This document shows, piece by piece, positions 35,906 through 47,229 of a stretch of 47,229 nucleotides of DNA. This DNA comes from Octopus bimaculoides. Lineage: Eukaryota. Within the stretch, counting starts at the first letter, position 1. Each line of letters begins with the position of its first letter. The stretch covers positions 558,009-605,237 of the forward strand of contig NC_069006.1 of assembly GCF_001194135.2 (NCBI RefSeq), written 5' to 3'. The position numbers and the translations under genes are program-made. The notes below the pieces were generated by a model. The model was not told where the DNA came from and did no database searches. It saw only the letters and a list, made by a program, of their open reading frames with translations.

Positions 35906-36050
35906 TCTTGTGTGCGTGTGCTTATATGTCTGTGTTTGTCCTCCTCTCCCATGACAATAAGTGTTGATTAAGTGACCGATAGAATAAGTACCACACTTAA
36001 AAAACAAGAACACAAACAAAATTCAGGGATTGATTTCGTCGATGGAAACC
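35722..36050 (+). mobile_element. Degenerate SINE-A
   Basis: GGTTCAGTCCCACT..GGCATCCTAGG, GTGAGTGAATTTGTCAGACGGAAACT, internal (TG)n, GACCGATAGAATAAGTACC. Confidence 0.7.
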
Positions 36051-36472
36051 AACAGATTAAGATCCATAGAAACCCTAAACACTTAAATGGTTTTAGATAC
36101 CTCCATAAATATGTTATTCAAAATATAAGCAATAATAAACCAAAAACTAAATTTTAATTTTCAAAATGAAGCAAAATTAATAGAAAAAATGGAAAATAAC
36201 GTTTTTTTTTGTATGCTTCCATTTCATTTAGATTTGAAAAGTTCTCTCTTCTTTTTATATTGCAAAGTTTTTGATTAGATCCTCACTATGACACCATTAA
36301 CATTTCGACATCATATTTCCGATCATATAAAACACTTCGAATATCATTTTAACAAGTTTAAATTTCTTTTGTGCCGTAAACCATTTACTATTTCTGTGTA
36401 AACTATTTGCTATTTCTCTTCCCCTTGATGCTCTAAGCACGTTCACATTTTGTTTAACGGTTTAATCCAGCG

Positions 36473-36512
<40 letters not shown>

Positions 36513-36767
36513 CGAGAACGTCTTAAAATATTCCTTGACCAGCAAGAAACTGTAAATGGATAAAAGTCCACTGCTATAATTAACTATTGATGCTATGCCC
36601 CTCAATGGTATCATGAGATGTAGGCACTGGAGCCGTACCAAAATAATCAAGAAAACAATCTGATTCTTAATGAAAAGTTTTAAGAATTGTTTCATTTATT
36701 AACCTAACAGAAAGATCGCTCTGCGACCGTTTTTGAGATTGTCGCTAAAAATATTGAATCTTTTATC

Positions 36768-36992
36768 TTTTACTTGTTTCAGTCATTAGAATGTGGCCAT
36801 GCTGGAGCACTACATTGAAGAATTTTTAATCGAATGAATTGACCCCAGTAATTACTTTTTTAAGCCTAGTACTTATTCTCTCGGTCTCTTTTGCCGAACC
36901 GTTAAGTTACGGGGACGTAAACACATCAACATCGGTTGTCAAGTGGTGGTGGGGGGCAAAGACATTCACACAAACACGTGTATATATATGTA

Positions 36993-37028
<36 letters not shown>

Positions 37029-37465
37029 ATGAGTATATGCATATATATGTACATGTATGTAGATACCTTCATCTACATGTACATATAAATACATATCTGG
37101 GTACATGACATTGCAANNNNNNNNNNTATGTACATGTATGTAGATACCTTCATCTACATGTACATATAAATACATATCTGGGTACATGACATTGCAAAAG
37201 AACATGGACAAAATGATAAACAAGGTACAACAAACAAGCAGGCCACATAGAGAATATATCCTTCATCAGCTGCCACCATTAAAACACAGATATATATATA
37301 TGTATATATATATGTATATATACACACACGATGGACTTCCTCCAGTCTACCAAACCCATTCACAAGGTTTTAGTTGGCCCGAGGTTGTAGTAGAAGTCAT
37401 TTGCCTCCAAGTGTCACGTAACAGAACTGAACCCTATGTGGTTGGGAAACAAGCTTCTTACCTTC
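36768..37465 (-). mobile_element. SINE-A split by an expanded ~370-bp internal linker (3' half 36768-36975, 5' half 37330-37465)
   Basis: 3' half: TTGTTTCAGTCATTAGA..GGCCATGCTGGAGCAC..TAAGCCTAGTACTTATTCTCTCGGTCTC. 5' half: GTCTACCAAACCCATTCACAAGG..GGCCCGAGG..ATGTGGTTGGGAAACAAGCTTCTTACC. Confidence 0.75.
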
Positions 37466-37680
37466 TCCCAATTTCTACCATTTTTTTTCTTGTGTCACAT
37501 CTAATTTTCCCTGGTTTCCTTTATTCGTCTAAACGTACTCGCAAAGTAAATATTTCTTCCATTATTTTATCGCAGTATTCATCTCTTTTAAATAATCTCA
37601 AAGACAGTCCATCCTCACTGTGGACATTTATTATGCTAGAAATAGCAGGGACAACGTGGTTATATTCCGAGGCTTTCTAA

Positions 37681-38008
37681 TTGGCACTCCGTCGGTTACG
37701 ACGGTGAGTGTTTCAGATGATCCGCTCAACGGAACAGCCTACTCATGAAATTAACGTGCAAGTGACTGATCATTCCGCAGACACGCATACCTTTGACGTA
37801 GTTCTCAGGCAGATTCAACGTGACACAGAATGCGACAGGGCTGGCCCTTTGAAATACAGATACAGCTCATTTTTGCCAGTTGAGTGACCTGGAGCAACGT
37901 GAAAAAAAAAAAACGTCTTGCTCAAGGACACAAGGCGCCGCCGAATATCGAACTCACGACTTCACGATCATGAGCCGAATACCCTTACCACTAAGTCACG
38001 TGTCTTCC
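37681..38008 (-). mobile_element. Full-length SINE-D, tail type 1
   Basis: Reverse complement of the 30016 and 43292 copies, plus head ..ATCGAACTCACGAC..CCTTACCACTAAGTCACG. Confidence 0.85.
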
Positions 38009-38862
38009 CATTCTAAGACCTGTAGCATGCAAGACAGCCATACTAACAAACTCACCTCTCATTTTTTTTTTTCACTTTTCTAATCATACCTGTATAACAA
38101 TTCCAAATTCCCCACCACCGCCACCCCCACAGTCGCCGCTACAGATGCAGCTGCCCTTGAAATTGTGTTCATATTAAAAGGGGTGCTATGATTAGCCCCG
38201 GAGTTAATTTGAAATCGATTTCATGATTATCTGTTCAAATTCTTTCCCAAATATTCGGCGTATCTGCAGCAAATAAAGTGTGTTCTGCTTGTGTATATCG
38301 GTATGTAGAGAGAGGGTGGTGGTAGAGGGAGAGAGTTTGCTTTATTGGCTAAATTTGAAGTCGCATTGGATAAAAATATTTTTTGTGTAAAACTTGTGTA
38401 TGACTATATTTCGTTGTGTATGTCGATATACTTCGTTTGCCTTTTAAGAGTATCTGTAGTAATGTATCCTGTTTTGTATGTTTCGATTACTAGTTTGTTC
38501 TAGAAAAAAAAAAATAGTGCTATTTAAAAAAAAATATACAGACTCAGAATCTTTGATATTCAAAGTGCTTTTTTTGAAGGCATCATAAAAAATGTTTGGG
38601 GACGTACAGGAAAAAAAATCATTTTGGAAAACTTACTATTGTTTCAGAGATATTTCTTTACCGCCGACATACTTATTTGTCCATAGCCAAACCTATATAA
38701 ACACTCGACAACAAATGAACAGAGATCGGTGATACATTTTCCATTCCCGTTCATCGTATGAACCATGATAAATTGAACAATCGAGGTTTCAGCAAAGGAA
38801 TTAACTATCGGAAATATTTATGCAAAGAAGAGATGGAAAGATAGATAGATAGATATGTAGGT

Positions 38863-38911
<49 letters not shown>

Positions 38912-39102
38912 AAAAGTGAGTGAGAGAGAGAATGTCTTATTGCTTCGCAGTTTGAGATTTAAAAAAGGTCGGATGGAATGAAAATTAATCGTTTACTTGA
39001 AAAGAAATATGAGAACGATATGTTATTAACTTCGAGTCAATGAAGTTAATAATTACTTTCTCCATTGTAGTATATGTACATTACACGCATACATTAATTG
39101 TA

Positions 39103-40973
39103 TATCAGGTTGAGTAAAAAGCAAGCAACGTTTTGAATCATGAAGAATTTGTACCGGATTTTTGCAGCACTTTGAATTTTTAAAAAACATTTTTTAGCGA
39201 TTGTCTGATAATACGGACATAGACTTGCCCAAATGCATCAATAAATTAACACTGATATATTTTTTTTCCACCGTTGTTACGATAATCTGGACCGTGAATG
39301 TTGTTTGTGCGTCGTTAGAGAAGTTAGCGAAGGATTGTTGAATTGGAATTACATTTGTTATTAAATGTTGTGTCTTGAGACAATTGTTTTTGCTGCCTTA
39401 CGGTAGTTTTGTTAACGCTGCCCCCATGTTTGAAGGGGGAAGCGCATTACTTGTTTCTTCATGATGTATGAAGATTTGAATTCTGACTTAACGACGTCTG
39501 AAGAAGAATTACTGAGAAGTTTGGATATTGGAAAAAATGAAGGTGGAAAGAAAAAATGAATTTTGCAACTGCAGCTGGTGAAACAAGAGAAGAGATTTGT
39601 ATTAAGACGGAGGATTTGAACAAGTACAGGGAAATCCCCAAAAAGTAGAAAACTGTGGGGCAGAAACATTGGACATAGGCGTAACAGCAGACCCTAGTAA
39701 GTTGCCGCCTAAGTTAAACTATCTTAATTATAAGTTTGTAAAAAAAAATGTTTAAAAAAGTGTAAATGAAATCGCTCGGATGTGGCGTGGAGTGGCTTCG
39801 TTCCATTTCATTTTGCTCATTCGTTTTTCTTTTTACATCCCCACCATATGTTTGTGTTTGTCCCTCTGTGTTTAGCATCTTGTGGGTAATAAAGAAACCG
39901 TTGTTACAATCGCCTGAAATGGAACTGCCATAGCGCGATATTTGAGCAATTTTGCTTTTCAACTTCAAAAAATGACGTAAAGCAGCTGAAACTGCTCGCG
40001 ATATCAACGAAACGTTTGGTGAGGAAATGACCAGTGAGTGGTCAGCTGGAAAATGGTTGACACGATTTCACGGTGAAGATCGCGAGCGTAGTGGACGCCT
40101 ATCTGTCATTGATGACGGTCAATTAAAGACCGAAGACCGTCATTGAAAAAGATCCACGTAAAACCTTTCGCGAACTGGCAAAAAAATTTCATGTTTGCCA
40201 GAAAAACTGTCTGCGACTATTTGCATGCGATCGGAAAATTAAAAGAAAGCTCAATAAATGAGTATAATACAATTTGAATGAAAATCAGAAATCAGATGTG
40301 AAATTTGCTAGTCGCTTCTTCTCTGTGACGAGACCGATCCATTTCTCGACCGTATTGTAACTTGCGTCGAAAAGTGGATTCTGTACAATAAATAACATTC
40401 TTCGCAGTGATTGGACCAAAATGAAGCACCGAAAACCTTCGCTAAACCCGAGATCTTCAAAAAGAAGGTTATGGTGACTGTTTGGTGGTGAACTGCTGGA
40501 CTCATCCACTATAGCTTCTTAAAACCCGGAAAAACCATTACTGCAGAAACATATTACCATGAAATTGCTAAAACGAAGGAAAAGCTGCGACTCTTCCGTC
40601 TCAGACTGGTCAACAGAAGAGGGCCAACCATTCTTCATGACAAAGCTCGACCACACGTTTCACTAGTGATGCTTCAGAAGTTGAGGAACTTGGCTGCGAA
40701 GTTCTTCCTCACTCAGTGTATTCCCCAGACCTGTCTCCTACCAACTATCACTTTTTCAAGGACCTTGATTGTTTCCCGCGAGAGAAGTTCAAAGAGTTCA
40801 TCAACGCCAGAACTCCAGACTTTTATGTTACCGGAATAAACAAACTTGTAACTCGTTGGCAAAAATGTGTTGATTGTAATGTTACTTTGATGAATAAAAT
40901 TTCCGCATTGTTGAAATATATTGTGATGAATTACATGCTTCAAAACGTTGCTTACTTTTTACTCAGCCTGATA
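39103..40973 (+). mobile_element. Mariner DNA transposon with both TIRs and TA target-site duplication
   Basis: Left TA|TATCAGGTTGAGTAAAAAGCAAGCAACGTTTTGAATCATG versus reverse complement of the right end TA|TATCAGGCTGAGTAAAAAGTAAGCAACGTTTTGAAGCATG (3 mismatches in 40); transposase relic inside. Confidence 0.9.
39919..40897 (+). pseudogene. Dead mariner D,D34D transposase
   Basis: MELP*RDI*AILLFNFKK*RKAAETARDINETFG..RSGRL..; FLDRIVTCVEKWILYNN (1st Asp to Val); KKVMVTVWW; LHDKARPH; YSPDLSPTNYHFF (3rd Asp to Asn); LVTRWQKCVDCN..YFDE*. Multiple stops, frameshifts and deletions. Confidence 0.92.
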
Positions 40974-41005
40974 TAAGAGAAGAAATAAATTTTGGCTCTT
41001 TATAC

Positions 41006-41037
<32 letters not shown>

Positions 41038-41042
41038 GAATA

Positions 41043-41079
<37 letters not shown>

Positions 41080-41089
41080 GTATAATGAG

Positions 41090-41257
41090 ATAAAGTTGTG
41101 GTGAAACAGTACAGCAGGGTTCACCACCGACCGCCCCCTGCCGGAGCCTCGGGGAGCTTTAGGTGTTTTCGGTCAATAAACACTCACAATGCTCGGTCTG
41201 GAAATCGAAACCACAACCCTACGACTGCGAGTCCGCTGCCCTAACCACTGGGCCATA
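41090..41257 (-). mobile_element. SINE-C with tRNA-Arg-like head
   Basis: Minus strand: TGGCCCAGTGGTTAGGGCAGCGGACTCGCAGTCGTAGG..GGTTTCGATTTCCAGACCG (A/B boxes, TCG at the anticodon-like position), then GAGTGTTTATTGACCGAAAACACCTAAAGCTCC. Single copy here, so SINE status rests on recall of Octopus SINEs. Confidence 0.75.
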
Positions 41258-41346
41258 TATGTGTGTTTGCGTGTGTAAATAAATGTATAGATAAATGTGT
41301 GTGTGTGTGTGATCGTCTACGTTTGTGTATCTATGTATACATACAT

Positions 41347-41399
<53 letters not shown>

Positions 41400-41423
41400 T
41401 TTTGCATATTTATATGTATAGAT

Positions 41424-41460
<37 letters not shown>

Positions 41461-42060
41461 TTTTGCATATTTATATGTATAGGTTTATATATATATATAT
41501 ATATATANNNNNNNNNNNNNNNNNNNNNNNNNNNNNNNNNNNNNNNNNNNNNNNNNNNNNNNNNNNNNNNNNNNNNNNNNNNNNNNNNNNNNNNNNNNNN
41601 NNNNNNNNNNNNNNNNNNNNNNNNNNNNNNNNNNNNNNNNNNNNNNNNNNNNNNNNNATATATTTGTATACATTATAATCATATATATATATATATATAT
41701 ACATATATATGTACGTACCGATACAAAGATGTATATGTGTGCATATGTTTGTTGTGTGTCTATATACACTTGTGTATTTGTATGCGAATGCAGATGTCAG
41801 TTCATAAATTATATACATACAATTACCCATATATTATTATTACTCCAGCCTGTCTCCTGAAACAATTCGAAAGCAGGTGGTCTGCAGTGTTTATTACATC
41901 AAAATAGAAATGAATGGATAGGAAGGGCGAAAAGACAGTCAATGTATTTTATGTAAATAAACAACCACTAATTCCATTATCATCACACACAACACACCAC
42001 CACCACTACCCACATACACAAATATATACATGAATATGCCTACCCCTCCCTCTATGTATA

Positions 42061-42156
42061 CATGTATGCATGAATGTATGCATGCATATATACATATATA
42101 TGCATGAATGTATGCATGCACATATATATATATATATATGCACGAATGTATGCATG

Positions 42157-42191
<35 letters not shown>
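42061..42191. repeat. Minisatellite GAATGTATGCATGCA-(TA)n-TGCA x3-4
   Basis: Direct reading. Confidence 0.85.
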
Positions 42192-42417
42192 GTTTGTCTA
42201 TGTGCGTAGTGTACTTATGTATGTATATTGCTAACTATATATGTATATGCGTATGCATGTATGGAAGCATAGGTGCATTTATGTATATCCACAGCTATGG
42301 TTATAAATGATTGTGTGTATATGTGTGCGTAAATGCGTGCCTATTTGTTTCTTCATCTATCCATCCACCTATCTATACATACATACATGCATACATACAT
42401 ATTATACAATGTGTGAG

Positions 42418-42448
<31 letters not shown>

Positions 42449-42754
42449 CACATACATGGATAAGAAAAAGTACACACGCATACATATGTTTGTGCGTATG
42501 CATTTACATGTTGATGCGTGTGTATAGACATCAACACATAACAAATAGCAATGTGATCTCTAGATATTATGTATTGTTTCCCCACTTTCTAATGTTGTTC
42601 CATGCTCTCCGTTATAGAGTTCTGTTTTCATAATTTATATTTTCAATGATTGAGGATTGTAAGATTTCTGGTCTAAAAAACCAGGAGAAATAACTTCGAG
42701 ATACAATGCAGTTACAAGTCGTATTTGGAAAGTGAACGTGCACATGCGCGCGCG

Positions 42755-42789
<35 letters not shown>

Positions 42790-42806
42790 TCACACACACA
42801 TGTATA

Positions 42807-43050
42807 GTGGAGGCATGTAGCTTAGTGGTTAGGGTGTTGAACTAATGATCATAAGATTGTGGTTTCGCTTTCTGGACCGGGTGATACGTTGTGTCCCTGA
42901 GCAGAAAACTCCTTTTCACGTTGCCGCAGTCCACTCAGCTGGCAAAAATGGGTAATTCTGCGACAGACCAGTGTTCCATCCAAAGGCTAGCAGGGAATAT
43001 ATACTCCACAGAATCCAGGAAACTGGTTTTATGAGCCTAGGTTTCATGTC
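42807..43050 (+). mobile_element. SINE-D, tail type 2
   Basis: GTGGAGGCATGTAGCTTAGTGGTTAGGG.., CCTGAGCAGAA..TTCACGTTGCCGCAGTCCACTCAGCTGGCAAAAATGGGT, tail GCGACAGACCAG..CCATCCAAAGG..TATGAGCCTAGG. Confidence 0.75.
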
Positions 43051-43104
43051 TCGCCCTATTCAGCTCTGCGTAACGGTGTGTACATCTGTGTGTGTGTATA
43101 TACA

Positions 43105-43776
43105 TGATGATGGTACTGGCTTTGCCGCCACGTGTTTCCATGTTCAGTCCCACAGCGCAGCACCTTGGACAAGTGTCTCCTACTATGAGTTCCGGTTCAA
43201 CCAATGTCTTATGAGAGAATTTGGTGTACGGAAACTGTGTGGAAGACTGTCATGTATTTGTGTGTGCGTGTATGTGAATGTATGTATGTGGCAAGGCGCA
43301 TAGCTTAGTAGTTAAGAGTGGTCGGCTCGCGATCGCAAGGTCTTGAGTTCGATACTCGGCAACGTGTTGCGTCCTTGAGCAAGACGCTTTATTTCACGCT
43401 GCTCCAGTGACAAAACTGAGTAGTACCCGCATTTCAAAGGGCCAGCTTTGTCATATTCTGTGTCACGTTGAATCTCCCTGACAACTACTTTAAGGGTGCG
43501 CGTGTTTGTTGAGTAGGCTGTTCCGTTGATCGGATCAACTGGAACACTCATCGTCGTAACCGACAGAGAGCCAGTTTATGTCCGTGCTTGTGTTCTCCCC
43601 TCACCCTTGATAAGCAGTGTTTTACATCCTAGTGACTTAGCGGTTCGGAAAAGGAGGACGATAAAATAAGTACCGAACTGGGGGTCGATTTGTTTATTTA
43701 TCTAAACCCTTGAAGGTGCTGCCCCCTTGACTGAAACAAATAAAAGATAACAGATAAATAAAAGATAACAGATAAA
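43105..43776 (+). mobile_element. SINE-A interrupted by a nested SINE-D
   Basis: 5' half to ~43290 (GTTCAGTCCCAC..GCACCTTGGACAAGTGTC..ACGGAAACTG); 3' half from ~43574 (GACTTAGCGGTTCGG..AATAAGTACC..GGGGTCGATTTG..GACTGAAAC). Confidence 0.75.
43292..43573 (+). mobile_element. Full-length SINE-D, tail type 1 (nested)
   Basis: AGGCGCATAGCTTAGTAGTT..GAGTTCGATACTC, CCTTGAGCAAGACGCTTTATTTCACGCTGCTCCAGT, TTTCAAAGGGCCAGC, GATCGGATCAACTGGAAC. Confidence 0.85.
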
Positions 43777-44404
43777 AAAAAAAAACATATGAAGTCTAAA
43801 TATAAATGAGATACATGTGTGTAAAATTATGTCTGCTGCAAAACAACAACTATAAACAACACAGCTGTTTGGACCCCAAACATCCGCCTCTCATCTCTCA
43901 ATCTCTCAGCCCCCAGTCCCCCCACAATCATCCACTTTTCCTCCCTCTACACCATCTCCTTTTAGACAACCATCTCTGCCCAAACACACACGCGCACACA
44001 CAGCATACTCCCAAACAACCACCCATCGACACACTTACAAACCCATTAAACGTCTTAAAAATACCCTCAAGGCACCACCAGTCTGTCCGTCTGTCTGTCT
44101 GTCTTCTTCCACGCCATTCGCACCCCTTTACCTTACCTTAGACCTACTCACCCAGGAAGGGGTACGTTGACGTATGAACTGATTTAGCTGATGATATCAC
44201 TGCTTAGCTAAACACACCCACACATACACTCATATGGACACACCCACATACACTATCACAGCAAGGCATATATACGCACACACATATACACTAACACAGC
44301 ACGCACATACATACACACAACGTATCCACATTCAGGTACATTTTGTATGTTTATAATGTGGCACGTGCCTTAGGGTCTGGGTTGGAGGTAAGGTACCGGA
44401 GATA

Positions 44405-44970
44405 AATGATGGGTGGTAGGGATGATGATGGGGTGGAAAGATGGTGATAGGGTGTGGAGTGGTAGATGTGATGGTGGTGGTGGTGGTGGTAACAGCGATG
44501 GAGCGTGTGATGAACGTAGTGGTGATGGTGGTAGTAGTGATAGTGTTGATGACGGTGATAGTGATGATGGTGGTGGTAGTGGTGGTGTTGGTTATGTTAT
44601 AGTGGAGGTGGTCTCAGCAGTGATGGAGGTGATGGCTGTAGTGGCGATGGTGGTAATAGTAGTGGTGATGGTAGCAGTAGTAGTAAAGATGGTGGTGGTA
44701 GTGGTGTTGGTTGTCTTATTAACGGTAGTGATGGTGCTGGTGCTGACGATGTTGTGGTGGTAAAGGTGCTGGTTGTAGAATGGTATAGGGCTGCTGGTGA
44801 TGGTTTTGTTGGTAATGGTGATGATAGTGTTGTTGTTGGTGGTGGTGATGGTGGTGATGGCGGTGGTGATGGTGGTGATGGCGGTGGTGGCGGTGGTGAT
44901 AGAGTTGGTCGTGGTGGTGGTGGTGGTGACGATGGGCGATGTCGGTGTGTTGACGTTGTTAGTGATACGG
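44405..44970. repeat. Long degenerate (GGT)/(GAT) tract running into a gap
   Basis: Direct reading; source of the Gly/Asp- and Val/Met-rich ORFs. Confidence 0.88.
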
Positions 44971-45351
44971 NNNNNNNNNNNNNNNNNNNNNNNNNNNNNN
45001 NNNNNNNNNNNNNNNNNNNNNNNNNNNNNNNNNNNNNNNNNNNNNNNNNNNNNNNNNNNNNNNNNNNNNNNNNNNNNNNNNNNNNNNNNNNNNNNNNNNN
45101 NNNNNNNNNNNNNNNNNNNNNNNNNNNNNNNNNNNNNNNNNNNNNNNNNNNNNNNNNNNNNNNNNNNNNNNNNNNNNNNNNNNNNNNNNNNNNNNNNNNN
45201 NNNNNNNNNNNNNNNNNNNNNGAGGCGTATTATTCTGAAGATTCTGGCGAATGTCTATGCAGTGTGTGTGTGTGCCTGCGTTTAATGTATAAACGAATTA
45301 CTATAGCGCGTAAATATACACATTCACCCATACACACATACAGGCATCATG

Positions 45352-45402
<51 letters not shown>

Positions 45403-45407
<5 letters not shown>

Positions 45408-45720
45408 CGAGCAGCAAGACGCCTCCAATTTTTTATAGTCGCCTGCATCTTACCCGGCAATACTAAATTGCTTCAGATCTTCTATGAAGGTGGCGCGCTT
45501 TGTCTTCTCCTTCTTAGGTTTCCCTCTCTTTCTTCGACCCTCTGGTGTATTCCTCCTTCTGTCAGTCGGAAAACATGACCTGCAAGTCTCTTCTTTCTAC
45601 CACAATCTCCTGCAGTTGCGCAGATTGTCACTTTTCAGCATTTCAGTGTTTGTGATTCTGTCTGTCCCTGTGGCTGATTTTGAGTATTCTGTGGAACGGC
45701 ATTCAAAATATGAGTGATCT
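45403..45720 (-). mobile_element. RTE-type LINE 3'-end remnant
   Basis: Minus-strand peptides DRITNTEMLK, IVVERR.LAGHVFRL and TPEGRRKRGKPKK..RATFIEDLK..WRRLAAR match the RTE C-terminus (RITNEEVL..RLRLAGHV.R..GKR.RGRPK.TW..DL..WR.L). Confidence 0.65.
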
Positions 45721-45992
45721 TAGCAACAAACATTAGAGACACAACATGCACACACACACGTGTGTTGGAACACATTCAGTCATGCACATACATTTATTTC
45801 TGTGTGTATATATACATGCTTGGCGCAGATGCTATTTTTATCCCGACTAGGCGGTCGAATAGCACAACTCAGTCACTAATGTTGATTGTTTTTTTAGTTA
45901 AAGCTACTTCTTTGAATCTACCCAGGGTTATCTCTCTTCGGTATTTCCCAGTGAGGAAAGCCAAAGAGTTAGAAACGGTCGTCTGGTAAACA

Positions 45993-46052
<60 letters not shown>

Positions 46053-46123
46053 AACGTAGATTTTTATCCATACATTAAGCATATACACACACATAATATA
46101 TATATATACATAAATATACACAT

Positions 46124-46170
<47 letters not shown>

Positions 46171-47057
46171 GAGCATACAAGACTTCATGGTGAATTTAAA
46201 AAAAAAATGTTATGAATGGCAATGAAACCAAACACACACACAGATTCCCATGTACGTATATGTATGCGCGTACCGTATACGTCCATAAATAACATCTGAA
46301 AGATCCCAGAAGTACTTTACGTCTGTGAATGTTTAAATAATGTAGCAGTGAATCATGTACGTACGTATATTCATGTATATTACACATAAATAAGTACATA
46401 CATATAATGCATAGATAGATATATGCACACACACCCACACGCCTGAGTTTCTATGCGCGCATTCAGATATGAGATATGTCCGTATACCTGTGTCTGTATA
46501 TATATGTATGTATGTATATATGTATGTATATACATATGCATGGATGTGTGTGAGTGTGTAAACTACATAACCAAGAACTTCAGGTAAAAAAATTTCATGT
46601 AAAATGATAGGCAGGAAGTCTGCTGGAATTTAGAAAGGGATGTTGTTACTGTTGCTGTTAGCTACGGTGGTGGTGGCGGTGGCATTGCTGTTATTTGTGG
46701 TATTATTGCATATAATTACGAGCGTAAAAGGGATGGGACTGTTGTGAGGTAGGGACCACGTTTACCTTTCTACTGAAAGTCAGCCACTCGAAATAGCGAC
46801 AACCTATTTCCACACCATCCACGAACTGTCTGTTATCTCTGAGCCGAGCCCTAAAGCCTAACCCCTACATTAAGACTTACCCTAATATTAACCCTAACCC
46901 TCACCCTACTGGGCCTACTTTGGTTTACTATCCTTACCCACCACCACCTCATTCTACCGTGCCCTGCTAAATAACATACATCCACACACATCCACACACG
47001 CACACACAGACGTACATGTTCCATATTCTCTCTCTCTCTAAGATATATATTCTTTCA

Positions 47058-47229
47058 CTCTTTGATTCGTTTCAGTCACTTGACTGCGACCATGCTGGAG
47101 CACTGCCTTTAGTCGAACAAATCGATCCCAGGACTTATTCTTTGTAAGCCTAGTACTTATTTTATCGGTGTCATCTGCCGAACCGCTAGGTTACGAGGAC
47201 GCAAACACACCAACATCGGTTGTTAAGCG
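47058..47229 (-). mobile_element. SINE-A 3' part, continues beyond the window
   Basis: TTTCAGTCACTTGACTGCGACCATGCTGGAGCAC..AGTCGAACAAATCGATCCCAGGACTTATTCTTTGTAAGCCTAGTACTTA. Confidence 0.9.

Noticed and set aside
41195-41257. tRNA-Arg-like sequence as a true tRNA gene
   Set aside because: No complete acceptor stem; it runs directly into a SINE body, so it is a SINE head.

Overview
AT-rich, repeat-saturated eukaryotic genomic DNA with ten N-gaps, most bordered by (TA)n. I infer an octopod cephalopod (probably Octopus) from the tRNA-derived SINE families and microsatellite density; this is from recall, not a search. No host protein-coding gene is supportable: the long ORFs in the track are translations of microsatellites, trinucleotide tracts or N-runs. 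What the window contains: (1) about 35 copies of four SINE families (labelled A-D here) plus a fifth short retroposon-like family (E); (2) RTE- and CR1-like LINE 3' remnants; (3) several Tc1/mariner relics, including one mariner with both ~40-bp TIRs and TA target sites (39103-40973) and a mariner MITE; (4) many simple and compound repeats; (5) assembly artefacts (an Illumina adapter, a false duplication across a gap). The most interesting unexplained signals are four hammerhead-ribozyme-like motifs (best at 9886-9937, overlapped by a perfect 15-bp competing hairpin), tandem SINE-B arrays whose two 3'-end variants alternate, a perfect 34-bp palindrome, and modular tail swapping in SINE-D. I see no convincing new multi-gene system. 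Coordinates of degenerate repeats are approximate.
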